From Candidatus Limnocylindria bacterium (GTDB lineage: Bacteria > Chloroflexota > Limnocylindria > P2-11E): a stretch of 64,000 nt of DNA. Position numbers and translations under genes: made by a program. Of the stretch, positions 57,092-64,000 are shown in pieces. Position 1 is the first letter of the stretch; each line of letters opens with the position of its first letter. The notes beneath the pieces are model-generated. The model was given only the letters and a program-made list of their open reading frames with translations, was not told the DNA's origin and made no database searches. Where the stretch lies: assembly GCA_036565345.1 (NCBI GenBank), contig DATCNH010000081.1:2118-66117 (forward strand). The letters are read 5' to 3'.

Positions 57092-57797
57092 GGTAGGCGC
57101 TCCGCACCTTCGGGTCGCTCGCGATCTCCGCCGCCGTCCCGGCCATCGCGATCCGGCCGTTCTCGAGCACCGCGGCGGTCGCCGCGACCTCGAGCGCGAG
57201 GTTGACGTTCTGCTCGACGATCAGCACCGTAACGCCCCCGGCGACGATCTCGCGAATGACCCGGAACACCTCGTCGACCAGAAGCGGCGCGAGCCCGAGC
57301 GACGGCTCGTCGAGCATCAGGACCGCCGGCTTCCCCATGAGGCCCCGGCCGATCGCGGCCATCTGCTGCTCGCCGCCGGAGAGCGTCCCGGCTAGCTGCG
57401 AGCGCCGCTCGGCGAGCCGCGGGAAGAGCGCATAGATCTCGGCAAGGGTCTTCGCCCGTTGTGGCCGGCTGCGGGTGCTGTAGGCGCCGAGGAGCAGGTT
57501 GTCCTCGACGGTCATATTCGGCCAGAGGTGCCGCCCCTCGGGGACCTGGATCACACCGAGCTCGACGATGCGGTGCGGCGACCGGCCGTCGATCCGCTCG
57601 CCGGCGAACCGGACCTCTCCCTCGAGCGCGGGCAGGATGCCGGACACGACCCGCAGCGTGGTGGTCTTCCCCGCCCCGTTGCTCCCCAGAAGCGTCGCGA
57701 CCGAGCCGCTCGCCACCGAGAAGGTCACGTCCCAGAGCGCCTGGACGTCACCGTAGGCCGCGGCGAGCGAGCGCACCTCGAGGAGCGGCTCGGTCAC
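57081..57797 (-). CDS. livF: branched-chain amino acid ABC transporter ATP-binding protein LivF
   Basis: Walker A GSNGAGKTT, signature LSGGEQQ, Walker B LMLDEPS. Confidence 0.85.
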
Positions 57798-58534
57798 GCG
57801 ACGGCTCGATCGCCGAGATAGGCCTTGATGACCGCCGGATCCTTCGCGATCTCGGACGGCGTCCCGAGCGCGATCCGCTTCCCCAGATCCATGACCATGA
57901 TCCGGTCGGAGAGCGACATGATCGCCTTCATCACGTGCTCGACCATGACGATCGTCACCCCGCCGTCGCGGATCTTCCGGATGAGATCGATCATCCGGGC
58001 GCTCTCGGTCGGGTTCAGGCCCGCGGCCACCTCGTCGAGGAGGAGCACCTCCGGCGCGGTGGCGAGCGCTCGCGCGACCTCCAGCCGTTTCCGCCGGGCA
58101 AGCGTGAGAGACCGCCCGAGCGTGGTCCGGTGCGGCGCGAGCTCGGTGACCTCGAGGATCCGCTCGACTTCGGCATCCGCGGCGGCACCCCGGAGGCGAT
58201 GGCGGCCATAGAGCAGCCCGACGGTGACGTTCTGGGCGACGGTCATCTCCGGGAAGGGCCGAACGATCTGATGCGTCGTCACCACGCCGCGGGCGCAGAC
58301 CGTATGCGCCGGGAGCCCGGCGATCTCCTGGCGCGCGAGGGTGATCGATCCGCCGCTCGGCTTGTAGATGCCGGACATGAGCCGGAACAGTGTCGTCTTG
58401 CCCGCACCGTTCGGCCCGATCAGCCCGAAGATCTCACCCTCGCGGATCTCGAAGTCGACCGCGTTCACCGCGACCAGGCCACCGAACCGTTTGGTCACCG
58501 CGGTCCCGACGAGGAGCGGTGCGCCAACGGTCAC
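57794..58534 (-). CDS. livG: branched-chain amino acid ABC transporter ATP-binding protein LivG
   Basis: Walker A GPNGAGKTT, signature-like region, Walker B LLLDEVAAGLN. Stop overlaps the livF start. Confidence 0.85.
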   Translation of the reverse strand: MTVGAPLLVGTAVTKRFGGLVAVNAVDFEIREGEIFGLIGPNGAGKTTLFRLMSGIYKPSGGSITLARQEIAGLPAHTVCARGVVTTHQIVRPFPEMTVAQNVTVGLLYGRHRLRGAAADAEVERILEVTELAPHRTTLGRSLTLARRKRLEVARALATAPEVLLLDEVAAGLNPTESARMIDLIRKIRDGGVTIVMVEHVMKAIMSLSDRIMVMDLGKRIALGTPSEIAKDPAVIKAYLGDRAVA

Positions 58535-59529
58535 GAGAGATCTTCCCGCGGGCGGACGAGCGAGCGCGCCATCCGGCCACCCCGCCCGATCACGCCGGCC
58601 ACTCCCAGAGGCTCGAACATGACGATGACCACGAGCAACACCCCGTAGATGAGGGCTGGCAGATACGGGTTGCGTACCAGCGAGCTGATCTGGTCCTGGA
58701 CCGTCGAGTAGAGGATCGCCCCGAACACCGGACCCCAGACCGTCCCCAGGCCGCCGACGACCGGGATGAGCACGATCGCGATCGACTTGTCGAAGCCGAA
58801 CATCGTCGCCGGATCGAGGAACTGCTGGCGCGCGGCGTAGAGCGTGCCCGCGGTCGCGCAGAAGAACGCCGAGATGGCGAGGGCGATCACCTGCAGCCGC
58901 GCGGTCGGCACCCCGGCGGTCTCCGCGGCGTCGGCGTCCATGTTGATCGCGAAGAGCCCGATCCCGAAGCGGCCGGCACGGATGTACATCGTCGTGAGCA
59001 TGACGACGACGAACACGACGACGGTGGCGTAGTGCACGATGACCGGGTCGTACAACGGCAGTGAGATCCCGGTGACCCCCTTGGTGAAGGTCACGCCGAA
59101 GATGTCGTCGAAGTTCACGAAGAACAACCGGGTGGCCTCACCGACGCCGATCGTCGCGATCGCAAAGTAGGGCCCGCGCAGGCGGAGCGTCGGCATGCCG
59201 ACGAGCACGGCATACCCGGCGGCGACGAGACCGGCGACCGGCAGCGTCAGGAGCGGATCCACCCCGGTCTGTGACCAGAGGATCCCGGTGACATACGCCC
59301 CGATCCCGAGGAAGGCCGCGTGGCCAAAGGAGATCTGGCCGGCGTAGCCACCGATGATGTTCCAGGCGGAGGCGAGGATCGCGTACCAGAGGAGATTGAA
59401 GGCGATCCGCTGCAGATTGAAGGACCGCTCGTCGAGCACCGGGATGAGCGCGATCCCGGCGGCGACGACCAGCACCAGCAGGACCTGGAGCCCGAGAATG
59501 GCGCGCCGGGAGAGCCCGAACCGGCCCAT
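58531..59529 (-). CDS. livM: branched-chain amino acid ABC permease LivM
   Basis: BPD_transp_2 polytopic protein with 4-nt overlaps to its neighbours. Confidence 0.8.
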   Translation of the reverse strand: MGRFGLSRRAILGLQVLLVLVVAAGIALIPVLDERSFNLQRIAFNLLWYAILASAWNIIGGYAGQISFGHAAFLGIGAYVTGILWSQTGVDPLLTLPVAGLVAAGYAVLVGMPTLRLRGPYFAIATIGVGEATRLFFVNFDDIFGVTFTKGVTGISLPLYDPVIVHYATVVVFVVVMLTTMYIRAGRFGIGLFAINMDADAAETAGVPTARLQVIALAISAFFCATAGTLYAARQQFLDPATMFGFDKSIAIVLIPVVGGLGTVWGPVFGAILYSTVQDQISSLVRNPYLPALIYGVLLVVIVMFEPLGVAGVIGRGGRMARSLVRPREDLS

Positions 59530-60407
59530 CAGGCGAGTCGCCGGCGGCGGATGAGCGAGGCCAGGCCGCCGGGCAGCACCACCAGGACCAGCACGAGGAG
59601 CACGAACGACACCAGATTCTCCAGCTGCGGCTTGGAGAGCGTCACCGTGAGGCTCTCCGCGAGCGCCAGGAAGAATGCCGCGAATGCCACACCGGGGACC
59701 GATTCCAGGCCACCGAGGACGATGATCGTGAAGCTCTTCAGCTGGAGGATCCCGAATGGATTCGACGGATCGAACGGGAACACCAGGGTCAGGAGCGCGC
59801 CGGCGACGCCGGCGAGCGCGGTCCCAAGGCCGAAGGCGATCATCGCCACCCTCCGGACATCGATCCCGGCGAGGCGGCAGGCGTCGCGGTCCTGGGCGAG
59901 GGCGCGGATCGCGCGACCGAGGAACGTGCGGCGAAGGAAGAGCTCGAGCGCAAAGAGGATGACGACACCGGCGATGAACACGAAGAGCCTGGTGTAGGCG
60001 ATCGTCACGTCACCGAGGCGGATGACCTCCTGGACGTAGACCGGCCGCACCGCGCGGACATCACCCCCGAGGAACAGGCTCGCGCCGGCCTGCATGACCA
60101 GCAGGATGCCGAACAGCAGGAGCAGCGAGATGACCGGCTTCTGGCCGGCGACCCGCCGGACGAACGCGAGCTCGAGCACCGCCCCGAGCACGAAGAACAC
60201 CGGCGCGACGATCACCGCGCCGAGGAGCGGATCGAGGCCGAACGTCTCCCAGAGGAAGAACGTCGTGAACGAGCCGAGCATCATCGCGCCGGCATTCGCC
60301 AGGTTGATGATCTTCATCACGCCGTAGATGAGCGCCAGCCCGTAGGACATGGTCGCGTACAGGCCCGCGACCAGAAGGGCGCTGATGAGCGCCTCGAGGA
60401 CACGCAT
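59529..60407 (-). CDS. livH: branched-chain amino acid ABC permease LivH
   Basis: BPD_transp_2 polytopic protein. Confidence 0.8.
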   Translation of the reverse strand: MRVLEALISALLVAGLYATMSYGLALIYGVMKIINLANAGAMMLGSFTTFFLWETFGLDPLLGAVIVAPVFFVLGAVLELAFVRRVAGQKPVISLLLLFGILLVMQAGASLFLGGDVRAVRPVYVQEVIRLGDVTIAYTRLFVFIAGVVILFALELFLRRTFLGRAIRALAQDRDACRLAGIDVRRVAMIAFGLGTALAGVAGALLTLVFPFDPSNPFGILQLKSFTIIVLGGLESVPGVAFAAFFLALAESLTVTLSKPQLENLVSFVLLVLVLVVLPGGLASLIRRRRLA

Positions 60408-60453
60408 CAGCGAGGCGCACGCGGGCGCGGCTCACGGCGAAACCGCGGCGGCG

Positions 60454-60478
60454 GCCCGCCGGGGCGATCCGCCCCGGC
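60454..60478 (-). terminator. 11-bp GC stem-loop (CCGCCGGGGCG-ATC-CGCCCCGGCGG) between the SBP and permease genes
   Basis: Seen directly, about 25 nt after the SBP stop (60502). Same architecture as the dpp operon hairpin. Confidence 0.45.
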
Positions 60479-60501
60479 GGCGCCACGTCGCGTTGGCTCG
60501 G

Positions 60502-61758
60502 CTATTTCTGCGGGTATGGGACCGTCGGTGTGCCGGTCGCCTGGTCCTTTGGCCAGATGAGGATGTGCGACCCACTCGGCGCGTTCTGGGTCATGACGTA
60601 CGCGTTGTCGGCCTGCCCGCTCTTCCCGAACTTGATCGTTCCGCCGGGGAAGATGGAGTTGTCCCAGGTCGTGTTGAAGAGCACGTCGCGGATTTTCGTC
60701 TTGTCGACGGTCTGGACCTTCTGGACCGCGGCGAGCAGGATGCGGGCGCACTCCCACCCTGACGCGGCGTACCACTCGGGCGAATCGCCGGTCGACTTCC
60801 AGGTCTCGAGCCACTTCTTGACGTTGTCGCCAGGCTGGAGGCTGTCGAACCAGGTCGCGGCGATGATGTAGTCGCTCGAATCCTTGAGCGCCGTGCGCGC
60901 GGCCTTCTCCGGCCCGCGGGGGCCATAGGTGAGGTACTTGTGATACAGCCCGAGCTGCTTGTATTGCGTCTGCATCGTGATGTAGTCGTTCACGCGCGCA
61001 TCGACCATGAACGCGTCGGCCGCGGCATCCTTCACCTTGTTCAGCAGCGACGTGTAGTCCTTGCCGTTCAGGTCGAAAGCCTCGCTCAAGACGATCTTGA
61101 ACCGGTCGGGGCTCGCCGTCTCACCGGCCTTCAGACCGGCGGTGAACTCCTTCCCGTGCGAGGTGTTCTCGTAGGCCACCGCGATCTTCAACGGCTTCGG
61201 CAGCTTGCCGGCGTCCTGCTGGGTCTTGATGAAGTCGAGCTGGGTGGCCGCGAGCTTCTCGATCGAAGCCAGGACCCCGACGGCCCAGGTGTTGTCGGCG
61301 TAGATGGACGATGAGGCGCCGCCGCCACCGATGTACGGCATCTTGTAGCGGTTGGTGACCTTCACTTCCTGAGTGACCGTGGTCGTGTTGTAGCCACCGA
61401 GGAGCAGATCGACGTTGTCCTGGGTGATGAGCTTCTCGTAGAGCTGGCCACTCGTCGCGGCATCGCTCTTGTTGTCTTCGATCTTGAGGTCGATCTTTAC
61501 CTTCTTCGATCCGACGGCGAGACCGCCGGCATCGTTCACCTGCTTGATGTACAGCTCGTACGCGTCCTTCATGAACTTACCGGGCGTCGAGTCGGCGCCG
61601 GTAAGCGGCAGCGCCGCGCCAAGATGGATCGTGTCTGGAACGTTCGCCGCCGGGGCACCGCTCGCGCCGGCGCCGCCACCGGTCCCCGCCCCGCCGCAGG
61701 CTCCGAGGACGATGATCGCCGCGAGGGCGATCGCCACACTGATCGGGATCCGCCGCAT
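60502..61758 (-). CDS. livK: ABC substrate-binding lipoprotein, LivK/BraC (Peripla_BP_6) family
   Basis: ATG 61756-61758 with AGGAGG upstream. Lipobox IVLGAC. K/T-rich mature domain with visibly lower GC than its neighbours. The track ORF is over-extended. Confidence 0.85.
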   Translation of the reverse strand: MRRIPISVAIALAAIIVLGACGGAGTGGGAGASGAPAANVPDTIHLGAALPLTGADSTPGKFMKDAYELYIKQVNDAGGLAVGSKKVKIDLKIEDNKSDAATSGQLYEKLITQDNVDLLLGGYNTTTVTQEVKVTNRYKMPYIGGGGASSSIYADNTWAVGVLASIEKLAATQLDFIKTQQDAGKLPKPLKIAVAYENTSHGKEFTAGLKAGETASPDRFKIVLSEAFDLNGKDYTSLLNKVKDAAADAFMVDARVNDYITMQTQYKQLGLYHKYLTYGPRGPEKAARTALKDSSDYIIAATWFDSLQPGDNVKKWLETWKSTGDSPEWYAASGWECARILLAAVQKVQTVDKTKIRDVLFNTTWDNSIFPGGTIKFGKSGQADNAYVMTQNAPSGSHILIWPKDQATGTPTVPYPQK

Positions 61759-61870
61759 GCCATCCTCCTGGTCCCGCCTTAGGTCGATGCGGGTCGGCGC
61801 CATTATGCCCGCGAGCGGGCGGCGCTCGTGTATGGGCCGGGGGTACCAAGGTACCGTCGCCTCGGTGGAC

Positions 61871-62866
61871 CTAGGGGCAGGCGCCCCACTGACGCGCCGC
61901 GCCGGTGCCGATCCGCCATACCGCCGCGTTCGTTCCGTCGGACCCGACGATCCAGATCGTTCCACGTTGCGCGAAGACCGCCCTGAGCGTGCAGGACGTC
62001 GCCAGGTCGATCATCTCCTGGACGTCCCCGTCGAGCCGGATGACCGTCCCGCGATCGCCGACGACCCAGGTCGCCGTCCCGACGAGCGCGGCCGCGCGCA
62101 GGGTGATGCCGGCGGGGCCGGGCCGGGGTCGCCAGCCGTCGCGATACCGCAGGATCGTGCCGCCGTCGCCCACGGCGACGACGTCGTCCACCGCCCGGCC
62201 GGCGATCGCGCGGAGCGTCCGGTCCGTGCCGGTATCGATCGCTCGCCAACCGGCGTCCTCCAAGCGATAGGCGACCCCACGCGCACCGACGACCCAGGCC
62301 GACGCCGGTCCGAACGCCGCGACGCCCTCGAAATCCTCCTCCAGTCCCGCGGCGTGCGGGAACCAGCCGGCGGCGGTCCGGCGCACGACCGTCCCGCGCG
62401 ACCCGGCGGCGAGTGCGCCGTCCGGCAGCAGCGAAATGGCGCGCAGGTCATCGAGCCCCACCGCGTCGGTGCGGACCTGGCGGGCCGCGTCATCGATCGT
62501 GACCACGCCGCCCGCCCCGCCCACGGCGATGAGCTCGCTCCCCTGGCAGACCGCGGCGCGCAGCGAGCGCAGCGTCGGGTCGATGAGCTGCCAGGCGTCG
62601 CCGTCGAACCGGCCGATCCCGCCACCGTCGGAGACGACATACACGCCGTCACCGGCGACGCAGCCGGCGGAAAGGGGCTGGCGGAACACTAGGGGACCGG
62701 TATCCGGGGGATCGGTCGGGACCGGCGTCGGCGAGGCGGAGCGGGAGGGCACCGGGGACGGTGCCGGCGATGACCTGAGCCGGGCCGCGCCACCGCCGGC
62801 CAGGATGGCAAGGACGACGAGTACGACCGCGGCAGCCGTCGCGAGCGCCGTGGCCCGCGACATCAC
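61871..62866 (-). CDS. secreted beta-propeller repeat protein (BNR/Ycf48-like)
   Basis: N-terminal signal/TM plus a Pro-rich linker, then about six repeats of a G..G.V.R..DG.W-type blade motif. Confidence 0.5.
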   Translation of the reverse strand: MMSRATALATAAAVVLVVLAILAGGGAARLRSSPAPSPVPSRSASPTPVPTDPPDTGPLVFRQPLSAGCVAGDGVYVVSDGGGIGRFDGDAWQLIDPTLRSLRAAVCQGSELIAVGGAGGVVTIDDAARQVRTDAVGLDDLRAISLLPDGALAAGSRGTVVRRTAAGWFPHAAGLEEDFEGVAAFGPASAWVVGARGVAYRLEDAGWRAIDTGTDRTLRAIAGRAVDDVVAVGDGGTILRYRDGWRPRPGPAGITLRAAALVGTATWVVGDRGTVIRLDGDVQEMIDLATSCTLRAVFAQRGTIWIVGSDGTNAAVWRIGTGAARQWGACP

Positions 62867-63792
62867 ATCGCTTCGAGCCGGCGGATGCGCTCCTCGATCG
62901 GGGGGTGCGTGTCGAAGAGCTTGTCGAATCGGATCGGGCGGTCCTTCAGCGGGTTCGTGAAGTAGAGCGAGGCGGTGGCCTTATTGGCCACCTCGAGCGG
63001 CTCGCGATCGGCGCCGATCTTCCGGAGCGCGTTCGCGAGCCCCTGCGGATAGCGGGTGAGGAGCGCTCCGGACGCATCGGCGAGGTACTCGCGCTGTCGC
63101 GAGACCGCCATCTGAACCAGGCCCGCGATGACCGGCGTGAGGACCGCGAGGGCCAGGCCGACGATCAGGATGAGGCCACCGGCATTGCCCCGATCGCGGT
63201 CGTCGCGACCCCGGCCGCCGCCCCAGAACATCGACCGGAGCAGCCAGTCCGACAGGAGCGCGATCGTCCCGACCATGACCGTCACCAGAAGCATCACCCG
63301 GATGTCCCGGTTCCCGACGTGCGACAGCTCATGCGCGATGACGCCTTCGAGCTCCTGACGGTCGAGCTTGTCGAGGAGACCGGTCGTCACCGCGACCGAT
63401 GCATGCTTGGGATCGCGTCCCGTCGCGAAGGCGTTCGGCGCCGAATCGTCGATGAGGTAGAGCGCCGGCGTTGGGATGCCGAGGCCGATCCCGAGCGTCT
63501 CGACGATGTTCCGCAGCTCGAGCTGCTCGTCCGGTCCGACCGGTCGGGCGCGACTCTGCGCCAGTACGATCTTGTCCCCCGCGAAGTACGAGACGAAGGC
63601 CGAGCCGCCGGAGAAGGCGAGCGCGACCGGCAACATCGCAACGCCGCCCTGCGGCAGGAACAGCTGGCCAAAGAGGTACGCGAGGGCCCCGACGACGAGC
63701 GCGAAGCCGACGATGAGCAGCACGGTGCGTGTGCGGTTCTGGGCCTGCGCCTCGTAGATGCTGAGCCGGGGCACGAGCGGGGAGCCGGTCAC
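62863..63792 (-). CDS. htpX: zinc metalloprotease HtpX (M48 family)
   Basis: HEXXH (VIAHELSHVGNRD), a downstream Glu (QREYLAD), 4 TM helices, and a C-terminal HPPIEERIRRL. Confidence 0.85.
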   Translation of the reverse strand: MTGSPLVPRLSIYEAQAQNRTRTVLLIVGFALVVGALAYLFGQLFLPQGGVAMLPVALAFSGGSAFVSYFAGDKIVLAQSRARPVGPDEQLELRNIVETLGIGLGIPTPALYLIDDSAPNAFATGRDPKHASVAVTTGLLDKLDRQELEGVIAHELSHVGNRDIRVMLLVTVMVGTIALLSDWLLRSMFWGGGRGRDDRDRGNAGGLILIVGLALAVLTPVIAGLVQMAVSRQREYLADASGALLTRYPQGLANALRKIGADREPLEVANKATASLYFTNPLKDRPIRFDKLFDTHPPIEERIRRLEAM

Positions 63793-63795
63793 GGT

Positions 63796-64000
63796 CAGCT
63801 GAACTTCACCTGTGGGAGCTCACGCTCGGTCGGGTCGGTGAGCTCGAAATACTGCTCGGGACCGAATCCGAACATGCCACCCAGGACGCTCGTTGGGAAG
63901 GTTTGGAGCGCCGTGTTGTAGTCGCGCACGTTGCCGTTGTAGAAGCGCCGCGCAAACGCGATCTTGTCCTCGGTCGCGGTGAGATTCTCGGACAGATCCT
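63796..64000 (-). CDS. lemA: LemA family protein (C-terminal part; 5' end outside window)
   Basis: ...DLSENLTATEDKIAFARRFYNGNVRDYNTALQTFPTSVLGGMFGFGPEQYFELTDPTERELPQVKFS*. Conserved lemA-htpX pairing. Confidence 0.7.

Overview
This is a very GC-rich bacterial chromosomal segment, densely coding on both strands. It shows no rRNA or CRISPR array, one tRNA, and one mobile element.

The first ~13.6 kb (minus strand) is a Flp/Tad type IVb pilus island built from two tandem modules. Module 2 is an alpha/beta-hydrolase, tadE, tadE/F-like, cpaB-like, cpaE2, cpaF2 and a fused two-domain tadB/C. Module 1 is flp, cpaA, a receiver-domain cpaE, cpaF, tadB and tadC. It runs without a break into a DUF192 gene, comF and a GT-C-like membrane protein. 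No secretin is present, which fits a monoderm envelope.

The rest of the window contains:
- a DppABC-type ABC importer plus a GNAT gene
- murT/gatD, a MerR regulator and a dodecin
- a sigma54-dependent NtrC-type response regulator
- a DUF5317-like module fused to an MFS transporter and overlapping an HD-GYP phosphodiesterase
- a tightly coupled pdxS-pdxT-hypothetical-ycf45-like-tmk-darA operon
- an HNH endonuclease, two tandem GT4 glycosyltransferases, holB and ricT (PSP1)
- a polyprenyl synthase preceded by a complete ~2 kb group II intron carrying an RT/maturase ORF
- ponA (PBP1A), an AAA ATPase with a coupled small ORF, several GNAT and DUF genes, tRNA-Arg(CCG), tatC and rarA
- a phosphatidylinositol/PIM-type lipid cluster: arsR, CDP-alcohol phosphatidyltransferase, ino1, two LpxL/PatA-type acyltransferases, a PHP phosphoesterase and a pimA-like GT4
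- a CoA transferase and an enoyl-CoA hydratase, an ACT-malic enzyme and a LivKHMGF ABC system
- a secreted beta-propeller, htpX and a partial lemA.

The most striking observation is that three conserved genes (tmk, cpaA, DUF192) have no ATG/GTG/TTG upstream of essential N-terminal motifs, yet each has an in-frame CTG at the right place. For tmk the CTG sits in a CTGA overlap that mirrors the ATGA translational-coupling overlaps used throughout that operon.

Other notable points are the intron ending at the polyprenyl synthase start codon, a PHP phosphoesterase inside the PI-lipid cluster as a candidate for the unidentified PI-phosphate phosphatase, and a sigma54-dependent regulator in an otherwise Gram-positive-like gene context.
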